Of a stretch of DNA of 64,000 bases, positions 20,293 through 32,292 are shown piece by piece. Numbering within the stretch: position 1 is the stretch's first letter; every line of letters begins with the position of its first letter. Under the pieces are notes generated by a model, which saw only the letters and a program-made list of their open reading frames with translations, ran no database searches and was not told where the DNA came from. The stretch comes from Squalus acanthias (lineage: Eukaryota), in contig JASTWF010000035.1 in NCBI GenBank assembly GCA_030390025.1, positions 310,001 through 374,000 of the forward strand, written 5' to 3'. The position numbers were made by a program, and so were the translations under genes.

Positions 20293-22101
20293 TCATTGGG
20301 TATGGTTAGACGGTCCTGCGGCACCTACGGGGCCGGTAGCAACCGCCACTTTTCCATGTGCACTCATGAAGTTGCGCATGGCTCCCAATACTGATTCGAG
20401 GTCGTTGGAAGGGGTGGGTACACTAGCTTCCCTAGCAGAGACAGGCATCTGGGCTCGGGCTGCGGGATTTTTATCCCTGGAATCCTTCCAAGGGTTCCTG
20501 CAGTTCTTGCGCCAGTGCCCTGTCCTCCCACACCCGTAACAAGCATTACTTGCCTGCGGGGCGCGGTTACCCTCCTGATGCCACTCCCTTTGAGCCGGGG
20601 CTGCGGGTCGTACCTCATGTACTTTTCCCTTAAGGGGACGTGTTCCCATACCCCTGATATTGCGATATCCTATCGTGAGTCGATTCAAAACCGACTCTTC
20701 CGTAATGTTGGGGTCATTGGGATCAAACCACGCTTTTGCCTGCTCTCTGACGGCTGGTAAACTGTTGGCTACTATGCACCTAAGCCAATGATTTAAACCG
20801 GCGCCGTCCATATCGTCGCGCTCTAGCGTACCTGGACAGCTGCGCTGATATACTGGCCACAGCCTGTCGGCAAAAACCTTCGGGGGTTCTCCCTCCATCT
20901 GCACTGTCTGTCCCACTCTAGCAAACGGACCTTCATCGTCCGCCCCCAACACTTCTAGGACCTCATTTTTCAATGCCTCATAAGTCTTGGTTCCCCTCTT
21001 GCTCTCGTCCGAGAGACACTGAAGGATTGAACTGCCTAACGAAAATAACAGCATTTTTGCTGTTTCCCCATCATCGCAGCCGTTGATGGCTGCGGTTTGC
21101 TCAATTTCTCTGAAATGTACGGAAGGGTCGTCTGTCTCGGTCAGCTTCCGTACGTGATTTATCATAACTCTCAGCTGGTGTGAGCTGTGAGGCAACACAA
21201 GCTGGTTGAGGAGATCCCCTGGTTCCTCCCCACCGTTTCTGTTTGGGCCCCTTTTTATACCCGTAACTGGATACAACGGTCCCTTTTCCACTTCTTTCTC
21301 AGTGGGCTCTTTCGTTTCCTCCACTACTTCCTCCCTTACCCAGGTTTCCGAATAGCTGGGTGGCGCGGAGGGCGCAGTGGCTAATACTTCCTCTGCTTTA
21401 CTTGGTGGGGATTTCTGAAACTCCTCATTTACTAGCGGCTGGTGTGCTGACGGACTGATAAGGCACACCATGCCGTGCGCTTTGTTTACGGCCTTTTTAA
21501 GGTGCTCTATCTCCTTTTGGCAGGCGCTATGATCGGCCCCCTGAAATTTATCCTCAAGGGCCAACTTATATGCCGCCCTAACCCCCGTTAAGCTCTCTTC
21601 CTGGGTTCTTATCTGGGCAGCTTGGCGGGCACATCGTTCCTTTAGTCTGCCCTCACTTAACTTTGCCTCAGTGACCTGGCACTCGAGGTAATCTATCCTT
21701 GTTTTATGGTGACTGGTGATTTCCTGGCGTTCTTGGTGCAGCGCACTCAAATTCCTAATGAGCAATTCCCCTCCAGAGACCTTCTCATCCATTTCCCCCT
21801 CTAAATGCCTGATCCGAGCTGTTAGCGTTGTAATGACCTGGTTTGAAATCTGGACCTGCCTTTTGTAACACATTAGCCAGACTGCTTTCTCGACTGTCTT
21901 TTTATGTTCCTTACTATCTGTCCACCTCTCGGCTGCCTCTAGTGGACTCTTATCCGCTAACAATTCACTTATCCATTTCTTAGTTAGATTTACCTTTCCG
22001 AACAGATAATCTGCTATCTTTTCCTGCATAACATTTCGTACAGTCACACCAAAGTCTAACACACTACCCTCTCGCTGCCAGTGTCCTGCCGCGGTCGCCA
22101 T
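20293..22101 (-). CDS. gag: Gag of provirus B (602 aa, intact)
   Basis: Colinear with A Gag; PSAPPSY and CYGCGRTGHWRKNC retained. Confidence 0.93.
   Translation of the reverse strand: MATAAGHWQREGSVLDFGVTVRNVMQEKIADYLFGKVNLTKKWISELLADKSPLEAAERWTDSKEHKKTVEKAVWLMCYKRQVQISNQVITTLTARIRHLEGEMDEKVSGGELLIRNLSALHQERQEITSHHKTRIDYLECQVTEAKLSEGRLKERCARQAAQIRTQEESLTGVRAAYKLALEDKFQGADHSACQKEIEHLKKAVNKAHGMVCLISPSAHQPLVNEEFQKSPPSKAEEVLATAPSAPPSYSETWVREEVVEETKEPTEKEVEKGPLYPVTGIKRGPNRNGGEEPGDLLNQLVLPHSSHQLRVMINHVRKLTETDDPSVHFREIEQTAAINGCDDGETAKMLLFSLGSSILQCLSDESKRGTKTYEALKNEVLEVLGADDEGPFARVGQTVQMEGEPPKVFADRLWPVYQRSCPGTLERDDMDGAGLNHWLRCIVANSLPAVREQAKAWFDPNDPNITEESVLNRLTIGYRNIRGMGTRPLKGKVHEVRPAAPAQREWHQEGNRAPQASNACYGCGRTGHWRKNCRNPWKDSRDKNPAARAQMPVSAREASVPTPSNDLESVLGAMRNFMSAHGKVAVATGPVGAAGPSNHTQ
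22083..22100 (-). other. Primer-binding site of provirus B
   Basis: Identical to the A PBS, with the same GAAAA spacer. Confidence 0.7.
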
Positions 22102-22105
22102 TTTC

Positions 22106-23715
22106 TGTAAGGGTTTTCCTTGACCGATTCTCAGCCTGTGAGATTCGTGTGGCTCTGTGCAGCCTGTATGTTAGTGCGGGTTTAGGCCTTGTTGCCTGTT
22201 CTGGTCTCCAGCCAGTCTGGGAGCACTATACACACCTGTGAGTGGTTCGAATCACTCGCCCTTACGGTTCTAGACACTGGACTTAGATGCGAGAGCAGTA
22301 ATGGAGATGAAACTCAGGTAGACTCGGTTGAATGGTACGAAATGGAAAATCTTTATTGCATAATACTTAAGATTACGAAATACATGTCATAAGCACAGAT
22401 TAATGACAGTACAATCTTACACGCAGTTATGTAACTAATTTCAGGGAAACGAGGAACGAACGACACATCGTAAATGGGGGCACACATTACAATTATCCTT
22501 AATACTTGAAACCCTCCCCTATCAATATCTGTCCTAAGCTAGATTCGTAGGATTCGAGACTCATGCTCACCACTCGTGATAACTCGGAGAGATTCCGAAT
22601 AGCTGATCGGATGTTTTTCACCGCAGCACCCACGTGTCGATCAGGGGGTCTCCTGGCCCCACTTGTTTACTCGTTTCTGCTCCGGCTAGCAGGCTGGAGC
22701 GTCTGCTGTTATGAAGATCTGTGTTCGTGGTTTTCAAAGTCCAGTCAATACTTAAGAAAAAGAATCTTCCTGTGTCCGTTCTGTGAAGTTCGAAGAAGTC
22801 TTCCTGGCAAGGAAAAATGTCAATTCGACCTACAGGCGCGGTCGGGGCTTACTGACCGTGGCGACAAGTATGGTCTTCGTCTCTTCCCATCTCATCTCAT
22901 CTCTTCTCGGGCCTTTGGTTCCGATACCGTTTATCAACACAGGTCTTCGTGACACGACACGAGGTAGATCCGAGCGGATCACAAAGTTCAACAGTCTTTT
23001 AAAAGAGACACGAGGCAAGCAGGAACAAGACGGCGAGTCAAGAACACAGGAGCAACCACGAGGATGAACACCAGCAAGATAAGAGAAAGATGGACGGTTG
23101 GAGCTTGTAATTATAGTGAAAAATCTTCCGTTTCCCGCCCAACCTTAATGTCTTTTCCTTTTGTTAGGGTTTGGCGCTCAAATGTCTTGTATAGGTGATC
23201 TCCGTTTTAATGGGTTTCGGGGCTACTCGTAAATGTCTGAGTATCTGTTAATATTTCTCCCATTGTTTAATCGGTCGGTGTTCTCCCTGGAGGGGTTTTG
23301 GGCTTCCAAGTGTTTTCTGTAACTACCCGCTAACGGCTCTCTCATCGTAGAGTCGTTGGGATTTTACATATTAATGTCTTTGGATGGGCTCTTGATTACT
23401 TGGTACAATAGCTTTCATTCGTACCTGGGAGACCGATTTCAGTATTTATGTGTATACTGTAAACCCATGATGTCTCGTGTATTATCTTCAATGTGCTGAG
23501 TCTTAATCGATCTCGCACAAATGTTTATTGGAACGCCATCTTGTCTGTCTGTCGAAAAGTCTAGAATGTTCCGCCACGAGGTGCGGCGGCCATTTTACAA
23601 GCTGCTTGTGTCCACTTTGAAACCTGACAGCATTCTGCTGAAATAAAAAGCTGTATGAACGAAACTAAGTGTTTTCTCCTTATTAATAAAATCGCGATAT
23701 ATTGCGAATTTTACA
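22106..23715 (-). repeat. 5' LTR of provirus B (1610 bp)
   Basis: TGTAAAATTCGC...AACCCTTACA on the minus strand; directly abuts the satellite at 23716. Confidence 0.95.
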
Positions 23716-26700
23716 GTGTAGAGGAGGAAGTGTTGTAGAGGAGGGAGTGTTGCAGAGGAGGGAGGTGTAGAGGAGGGAGTGTTGTAGAGGAGCGAGTGTT
23801 GTAGAGGAGGGAGTGTTGTGGAGGAGGGAGTGTTGTGGAGGAGGGAGTGTTGTGGAGGAGGGAGTGTTGTGGAGGAGGGAGTGTTGTGGAGGAGGGAGTG
23901 TTGTGGAGGAGGGAGTGTTGTAGCGGAGGGAGTGTTGTAGAGGAGGGAGTGTTGTAGAGGAGGGAGGTGTTGTAGAGGAGGGAGGTGTTGTAGCGGAGGG
24001 AGTGTTGTAGCGGAGGGAGGTGTAGCGGAGGGAGTGTTGTAGAGGTGGGAGTGGTAGAGGAGGGAGTGTTGAAGAGGAGGAAGTGTTGTAGAGGAGCGAA
24101 TGTTGTAGAGGAGGGAGTGTTGTAGAGGAGGGAGCGATGTAGAGGAGGGAGTATTGTAGCGGAGGGAGTGTTGTAGAGGAGGGAGTGTTGTAGAGGAGGG
24201 AGTGTTGTAGAGGAGGGAGTGTTGTAGAGGAGGGAGGTGTAGAGGAGGGAGTGTTGTAGAGGAGGGAGGTGTAGAGGAGGGAGTGTTGTAGAGGAGGGAG
24301 TGTTGTAGAGGAGGGTGTGTTGTAGAGGAGGGAGGTTTTGTAGAGGAGGGAGTGTTGTAGAGGAGGGAGTGTTGTAGAGGAGGGAGGTGTAGCGGAGGGA
24401 GGTGTAGCGGAGGAATGTTGTAGAGGAGGGAGTGTTGTAGAGGAGGGAGTATTGTAGAGGAGGGAGTGTTGTAGAGGAGGGAGTGTTGTAGAGGATGGAG
24501 GTGTAGAGGAGGGAGTGTTGTAGAGGAGGTAGGTGTAGCAGAGGGAGTGTTGTAGAGGAGGGAGTGTTGTAGCGGAGGGAGGTGTAGCGGAGGGAGGTGT
24601 AGCGGAGGAATGTTGTAGAGGAGGGAGTGTTGTAGAGGAGGGAGTATTGTAGAGGAGGGAGGTGTAGAGGCGGGAGTGTTGTAGAGGAGAGAGTGTTGTA
24701 GAGGAGGGAGTGTTGTAGACGAGGGAGGTGTTGTAGAGGAGGGAGTGTTGCAGCGGAGGGAGGTGTCGTAGAGGACGGAGGTGTTGTAGAGGAGGGAGTG
24801 TTGTGGAGGAGGGAGTGTTGTAGAGGAGGGAGTGTTGTAGAGGAGGGAGTGTTGTAGAGGAGGGAGTGTTGTAGAGGAGGGAGTGTTGTAGAGGAGGGAG
24901 TGTTGTAGAGGAGGGAGTGTTGTAGAGGAGGGAGTGTTGTAGAGGAGGGAGTGTTGTAGAGGAGGGAGTGTTGTCGAGGAGGGAGTGTTGTCGAGGAGTG
25001 AGTGTTGTCGAGGAGGGAGTGTTGTAGAGGAGGGAGTGTTGTAGAGGAGGGAGTGTTGTAGAGGAGGGAGGTGTTGCAGAGGAGGGAGGTGTTGTAGAGG
25101 AGGGAGGTGTTGCAGAGGAAGGAGTGTTGTAGCGGAGGGAGGTGTTGTAGAGGAGGGAGGTGTTGTAGAGGAGTGGAGTGTTGCAGCGGAGGGAGTGTTG
25201 TAGAGGAGGGAGTGTTGTAGAGGAGGGAATGTTGTAGAGGAGGGAGTGTTGTAGAGGAGGGAATGTTGTAGAGGAGGGAGTGTTGTAGAGGAGGGAGTGT
25301 TGTAGAGGAGGGAGTGTTGTAGAGGAGGGAGTGTTGTAGAGGATGGAGTGTTGTAGAGGAGGGAGTGTTGTAGAGGAGGGAGTGTTGTAGAGGAGGGAGT
25401 GTTGTAGAGGAGGGAGTGTTGTCGAGGAGGGAGTGTTGTCGAGGAGTGAGTGTTGTCGAGGAGGGAGTGTTGTAGAGGAGGGAGTGTTGTAGAGGAGGGA
25501 GTGTTGTAGAGGAGGGAGGTGTTGCAGAGGAGGGAGGTGTTGTAGAGGAGGGAGGTGTTGCAGAGGAAGGAGTGTTGTAGCGGAGGGAGGTGTTGTAGAG
25601 GAGGGAGGTGTTGTAGAGGAGTGGAGTGTTGCAGCGGAGGGAGTGTTGTAGAGGAGGGAGTGTTGTAGAGGAGGGAATGTTGTAGAGGAGGGAGTGTTGT
25701 AGAGGAGGGAGGTGTAGAGGAGGGAGTGTTGTAGAGGAGGGAGTGTTGCAGCGGAGGGAGTGTTGTAGAGGAGGGAGTGTTGTAGAGGAGGGAATGTTGT
25801 AGAGGAGGGAGTGTTGTAGAGGAGGGAGGTGTAGAGGAGGGAGTGTTGTAGAGGAGGGAGTGTTGTAGAGGAGGGAGTGTTGTAGAGGAGGGAGTGTTGT
25901 AGAAGAGGGAGTGTTGTAGAGGAGGGAGTGTTGTAGAAGAGGGAGTGTTGTAGAGGATGGAGGTGTAGAGAAGGAGTGTTGTAGAGGAGGGAGGTGTAGA
26001 GGAGGGAGTGTTGTAGAGGAGGGAGGTGTAAAGGAGGGAGTGTTGTAGAGGAGGGAGTGTTGTAGAGGAGGGAGTGTTGTAGAGGAGGGTGGTGTTGTAG
26101 AGTAGGGGAGTGTTGTAGCGGAGGGAGGTGTTGTAGAGGATGGAGGTGTTGTAGCGGAGGGAGGTGTAGTAGAGGAGGGAGTGTTGTAGACGAGGGAGGT
26201 GTTGTAGAGGAGGGAGTGTTGCAGCGGAGGGAGGTGTCGTAGAGGACGGAGGTGTTGTAGAGGAGGGAGTGTTGTAGAGGAGGGAGGGGTTGTAGCGGAG
26301 GGAGTGTTGTAGAGGAGGGAGTGTTGTAGAGGAGTGAGTGTTGTAGAGGAGGGAGTGTTGTATAGGAGGGAGTGTTGTAGCGGAGGGAGTGTTGTAGAGG
26401 AGGGAGTGTTGGAGAGGAGGGAGGTGTAGAGGAGGGAGTGTTGAAGAGGAGGGAGTGTTGTAGAGGAGGGAGTGTTGTAGAGCAGGGAGTGTTGTAGAGG
26501 AGGGAGGTGTAGAGGAGGGAGTGTTGTAGAGGAGAGAGTGTTGTAGAGGAGGGAGGGTTGTAGACGAGGGAGGTGTTGTAGAGGAGGGAGTGTTGCAGCG
26601 GAGGGAGGTGTCGTAGAGGATGGAGGTGTTGTAGCGGAGGGAGGTGTTGTAGAGGAGGGAGGTGTTGTAGAGGAGGGAGTGTTGTAGCGGAGGGAGTGTT

Positions 26701-29700
26701 GTAGAGGAGGGAGTGTTGTAGAGCAGGGAGTGTTGTAGAGGAGGGAGGTGTAGAGGAGGGAGTGTTGTAGAGGAGAGAGTGTTGTAGAGGAGGGAGGGTC
26801 GTAGACGAGGGAGGTGTTGTAGAGGAGGGAGTGTTGCAGCGGAGGGAGGTGTCGTAGAGGACGGAGGTGTTGTAGAGGAGGGAGTGTTGTAGAGGAGGTA
26901 GGGGTTGTAGCGGAGGGAGTGTTGTAGAGGAGGGAGTGTTGTAGAGGAGGGAGTGTTGTAGAGGAGGGAGTGTTGTATAGGAGGGAGTGTTGTAGCGGAG
27001 GGAGTGTTGTAGAGGAGGGAGTGTTGTAGAGGAGGGAGGTGTAGAGGAGGGAGTGTTGTAGAGGAGGGAGTGTTGTAGAGGAGGGAGTGTTGTAGAGGAG
27101 GGAGTGTTGTAGAGGAGGGAGTGTTGTAGAGGAGGGAGTGTTGTAGAGGAGGGAGTGTTGTAGAGGAGGGAGTGGTAGTGGAGGGAGTGTTGTAGAGGAG
27201 GGAGTGTTGCAGCGGAGGGAGGTGTTGTAGAGGACGGAGGTGTTGTAGAGGAGCGAGTGTTGTGGAGGAGGGAGTGTTGTAGAGGAGGGAGTGTTGTAGA
27301 GGAGGGAGTGTTGTATAGGAGGGAGTGTTGTAGAGGAGGGAGTGTTGTAGAGGAGGGAGTGTTGTAGAGGAGGGAGTGTTGTAGAGGAGGGAGTGTTGTC
27401 GAGGAGGGAGTGTTGTCGAGGAGTGAGTGCTGTCGAGGAGGGAGTGTTGTAGAGGAGGGAGTGTTGTAGAGGAGGGAGTGTTGTAGAGGAGGGAGGTGTT
27501 GCAGAGGAGGGAGTGTTGTAGAGGAGGGAGGTGTTGCAGAGGAGGGAGTGTTGCAGCGGAGGGAGTTGTTGCAGAGGAAGGAGTGTTGTAGCGGAGGGAG
27601 GTGTTGTAGAGGAGGGAGGTGTTGTAGAGGAGTGGAGTGTTGCAGCGGAGGGAGTGTTGCAGCGGAGGGAGTGTTGTAGAGGAGGGAGTGTTGTAGAGGA
27701 GGGAATGTTGTAGAGGAGGGAGTGTTGTATAGGAGGGAGTGTTGTAGCGGAGGGAGTATTGTAGAGGAGGGAGTGTTGTAGAGGAGGGAGGTGTAGAGGA
27801 GGGAGTGTTGTAGAGGAGGGAGTGTTGTAGAGGAGGGAGTGTTGTAGAGGAGGGAGTGTTCTAGCGGAGGGAGGTGTAGCGGAGGGAGTTTGTTAGAGGA
27901 GGGAGTGGTAGAGGAGGGAGTGTTGTAGAGGAGGGAGTGTTGTAGACGAGGGAGTGTTGTAGAGGAGGGAGTTTGTAGAGGAGGGAGGTGTTGCAGAGGA
28001 GGGAGGTGTTGTAGAGGAGGGAGGTGTTGCAGAGGAAGGAGTGTTGTAGCGGAGGGAGGTGTTGTAGAGGAGGGAGGTGTTGTAGAGGAGTGGAGTGTTG
28101 CAGCGGAGGGAGTGTTGTAGAGGAGGGAGTGTTGTAGAGGAGGGAATGTTGTAGAGGAGGGAGTGTTGTAGAGGAGGGAATGTTGTAGAGGAGGGAGTGT
28201 TGTAGAGGAGGGAGGTGTAGAGGAGGGAGTGTTGTAGAGGAGGGAGTGTTGCAGCGGAGGGAGTGTTGTAGAGGAGGGAGTGTTGTAGAGGAGGGAATGT
28301 TGTAGAGGAGGGAGTGTTGTAGAGGAGGGAGGTGTAGAGGAGGGAGTGTTGTAGAGGAGGGAGTGTTGTAGAGGAGGGAGTGTTGTAGAGGAGGGAGTGT
28401 TGTAGAAGAGGGAGTGTTGTAGAGGAGGGAGTGTTGTAGAGGAGGGAGTGTTGTAGAGGATGGAGGTGTAGAGGAGGGAGTGTTGTAGAGGAGGGAGGTG
28501 TAGAGGAGGGAGTGTTGTAGAGGAGGGAGGTGTAAAGGAGGGAGTGTTGTAGAGGAGGGAGTGTTGTAGAGGAGGGAGTGTTGTAGAGGAGGGTGGTGTT
28601 GTAGAGTAGGGGAGTGTTGTAGCGGAGGGAGGTGTTGTAGAGGATGGAGGTGTTGTAGCGGAGGGAGGTGTAGTAGAGGAGGGAGTGTTGTAGACGAGGG
28701 AGGTGTTGTAGAGGAAAGAGTGTTGCAGCGGAGGGAGGTGTCGTAGAGGACGGAGGTGTTGTAGAGGAGGGAGTGTTGTAGAGGAGGGAGGGGTTGTAGC
28801 GGAGGGAGTGTTGTAGAGGAGGGAGTGTTGTAGAGGAGTGAGTGTTGTAGAGGAGGGAGTGTTGTATAGGAGGGAGTGTTGTAGCGGAGGGAGTGTTGTA
28901 GAGGAGGGAGTGTTGGAGAGGAGGGAGGTGTAGAGGAGGGAGTGTTGAAGAGGAGGGAGTGTTGTAGAGGAGGGAGTGTTGTAGAGCAGGGAGTGTTGTA
29001 GAGGAGGGAGGTGTAGAGGAGGGAGTGTTGTAGAGGAGAGAGTGTTGTAGAGGAGGGAGGGTTGTAGACGAGGGAGGTGTTGTAGAGGAGGGAGTGTTGC
29101 AGCGGAGGGAGGTGTCGTAGAGGATGGAGGTGTTGTAGCGGAGGGAGGTGTTGTAGAGGAGGGAGGTGTTGTAGAGGAGGGAGTGTTGTAGCGGAGGGAG
29201 TGTTGTAGAGGAGGGAGTGTTGTAGAGAGGGAGTGTTGTAGAGGAGGGAGGTGTAGAGGAGGAGTGTTGTAGAGGAGGGAGTGTTGTAGCGGAGGGAGGT
29301 GTTGTAGAGGAGGGAGTGTTGTAGAGCAGGGAGTGTTGTAGAGGAGAGAGTGTTGTAGAGGAGGGAGGGTTGTAGACGAGGGAGGTGTTGTAGAGGAGGG
29401 AGTGTTGTAGAGGAGGGAGTGTTGTAGAGGAGGGAGTGTTGTAGAGGAGGGAGTGTTGTAGAGGAGGGAGTGTTGTATAGGAGGGAGTGTTGTAGCGGAG
29501 GGAGTGTTGTAGAGGAGGGAGTGTTGTAGAGGAGGGAGGTGTAGAGGAGGGAGTGTTGTAGAGGAGGGAGTGTTGTAGAGGAGGGAGTGTTGTAGAGGAG
29601 GGAGTGTTGTAGAGGAGGGAGTGTTGTAGAGGAGGGAGTGTTGTAGAGGAGGGAGTGTTGTAGAGGAGGGAGTGGTAGTGGAGGGAGTGTTGTAGAGGAG

Positions 29701-31862
29701 GGAGTGTTGCAGCGGAGGGAGGTGTTGTAGAGGACGGAGGTGTTGTAGAGGAGCGAGTGTTGTGGAGGAGGGAGTGTTGTAGAGGAGGGAGTGTTGTAGA
29801 GGAGGGAGTGTTGTATAGGAGGGAGTGTTGTAGAGGAGGGAGTGTTGTAGAGGAGGGAGTGTTGTAGAGGAGGGAGTGTTGTAGAGGAGGGAGTGTTGTC
29901 GAGGAGGGAGTGTTGTCGAGGAGTGAGTGCTGTCGAGGAGGGAGTGTTGTAGAGGAGGGAGTGTTGTAGAGGAGGGAGTGTTGTAGAGGAGGGAGGTGTT
30001 GCAGAGGAGGGAGTGTTGTAGAGGAGGGAGGTGTTGCAGAGGAGGGAGTGTTGCAGCGGAGGGAGTTGTTGCAGCGGAGGGAGTGTTGTAGAGGAGGGAG
30101 TGTTGTAGAGGAGGGAATGTTGTAGAGGAGGGAGTGTTGTAGAGGAGGGAGTGTTGTAGCGGAGGGAGTGTTGTAGAGGAGGGAGTGTTGTAGAGGAGGG
30201 AGGTGTAGAGGAGGGAGTGTTGTAGAGGAGGGAGTGTTGTAGAGGAGGGAGTGTTGTAGAGGAGGGAGTGTTCTAGCGGAGGGAGGTGTAGCGGAGGGAG
30301 TTTGTTAGAGGAGGGAGTGGTAGAGGAGGGAGTGTTGTAGAGGAGGGAGTGTTGTAGACGAGGGAGTGTTGTAGAGGAGGGAGTGTTGTAGAGGAGGGAG
30401 TGTTGTAGAGGATGGAGGTGTAGAGGAGGGAGTGTTGTAGAGGAGGGCGTGTTGTAGAGGAGGGAGTGTTGTAGAGGAGGGTGGTGTTGTAGAGTAGGGG
30501 AGTGTTGTAGCGGAGGGAGGTGTTGTATAGGATGGAGGTGTTGTAGCGGAGGGAGGTGTTGTAGAGGAGGGAGGTGTTGTAGAGGAGGGAGTGTTGTAGC
30601 GGAGGAAGTGTTGTAGAGGAGGGAGTGTTGTAGAGGAGGGAGTGTTGTAGAGGAGGGAGGTTTAGAGGAGGGAGTGTTGTAAAGGAGGGAGTGTTGTAGA
30701 GGAGGGAGGGATTGTAGCGGAGGGAGTGTTGTAGAGGAGGGAGTGGTAGAGGAGGGAGTGTTGTAGAGGAGGGAGTGTTGCAGCGGAGGGAGGTGTTGTA
30801 GAGGACGGAGGTGTTGTAGAGGAGGGAGTGTTGTGGAGGAGGGAGTGTTGTAGAGGAGGGAGTGTTGTAGAGGAGGGAGTGTTGTAGAGGAGGGAGTGTT
30901 GTAGAGGAGGGAGTGTTGTAGAGGAGGGAGTGTTGTAGAGGAGGGAGTGTTGTAGAGGAGGGAGTGTTGTAGAGGAGGGAGTGTTGTCGAGGAGGGAGTG
31001 TTGTCGAGGAGTGAGTGTTGTCGAGGAAGGAGTGTTGTAGAGGAGGGAGTGTTGTAGAGGAGGGAGTGTTGTAGAGGAGGGAGCTGTTGTCGAGGAGGGA
31101 GGTGTTGCAGAGGAGGGAGGTGTAGAGGAGGGAGTGTTGTAGAGGAGGGAGTGTTGTAGAGGAGGGAGTGTTGTAGAGGAGGGAGTGTTGTAGAGGAGGG
31201 AGTGTTGCAGCGGAGGGAGGTGTTGCAGAGGAAGGAGTGTTGTAGCGGAGGGAGGTGTTGTAGAGGAGGGAGGTGTTGTAGAGGAGTGGAGTGTTGCAGC
31301 GGAGGGAGTGTTGCAGCGGAGGGAGTGTTGTAGAGGAGGGAGTGTTGTAGAGGAGGGAATGTTGTAAAGAAGGGAGTGTTGTATAGGAGGGAGTGTTGTA
31401 GCGGAGGGAGTGTTGTAGAGGAGGGAGTGTTGTAGAGGAGGGAGGTGTAGAGGAGGGAGTGTTGTAGAGGAGGGAGTGTTGTAGAGGAGGGAGTGTTGTA
31501 GAGGAGGGAGTGTTGTAGAGGAGGGAGTGTTGTAGAGGAGGGAGTGTTGTAGAGGAGGGAGTGTTGTAGAGGAGGGAGTGTTGTAGAGGAGGGAGTGTTG
31601 TAGAGGATGGAGTTGTAGAGGAGGGAGTGTTGTAGAGGAGGGAGCTGTAAAGGAGGGAGTGTTGTAGAGGAGGGAGTGTTGTAGAGGAGGGAGTGTTGTA
31701 GAGGAGGGAGGTGTAGAGGAGGGAGGTGTTGTAGCGGAGGGAGTGTTCTAGTGGAGGGAGGTGTAGCGGAGGGAGTTTTGTAGAGGAGGGAGTGGTAGAG
31801 GAGGGAGTGTTGTAGAGGAGGGAGTGTTGTAGAGGAGGGAGTGTTGTAGAGGAGGGAGTGTT

Positions 31863-32292
31863 ACATATACATAGATACATAGAAGATAGGAGCAGGAGTA
31901 GGCCATCCGGCCCTTCGAGCCTGCTCCGCCATTTAATGAGATCATGGCTGATCCTCCAATTCAGTATCCCGTCCCCGCCTTCTCTCCGTAACCCTTAACC
32001 CCTTTTGCCTGTAGAAATATATCTAATTCCCTCTTAAATATATTTAATGAGCTGGCGTACACTGCCCTCTGTGGCAATGAGTTCCACAGGTTCACCACCC
32101 TCTGAGTGAAGAAATTCCCCCTCATTTCTGTCTTAAATGGTTTAGCCCTTATCCTTAAATTATGTCCTCTAGTTCTGTTCTCACCCGCCAAGGGAAACAT
32201 TCCTTCTGCATCTAGTCTGTCTAGACCTGTCAGAATTTTATACACTTCTATGAGGTCCCCTCTCAATCTTCTAAACTCCAGTGTGTACATCC
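31863..32292 (-). mobile_element. Heavily 5'-truncated CR1-type LINE (ORF2 C-terminus, 3' UTR, short tandem tail)
   Basis: 31961-32290 encodes YTLEFRRLRGDLIEVYKI...TRGH...FFTQRVVNLWNSLP. Tail is (TGTATCTA)-like. Possible TSD AGTGTT at 31857-31862 and 32293-32298. Confidence 0.9.

Larger units (their letters stand above)
1..23715 (-). mobile_element. Provirus B: same family, interrupted by provirus A and solo LTR C; 3' part lies outside the window
   Basis: On the minus strand: 5' LTR 22106-23715, PBS, gag, split pol and split env. Removing each insertion plus one TSD copy restores the reading frames (RLGA|LHVKWKCILM and PEWC|PKKT). Confidence 0.95.

Noticed and set aside
1..23715. Assembly artefact as the cause of the inverted A/B arrangement
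   Set aside because: A and B differ throughout, and both junction pairs have clean 4-bp TSDs.
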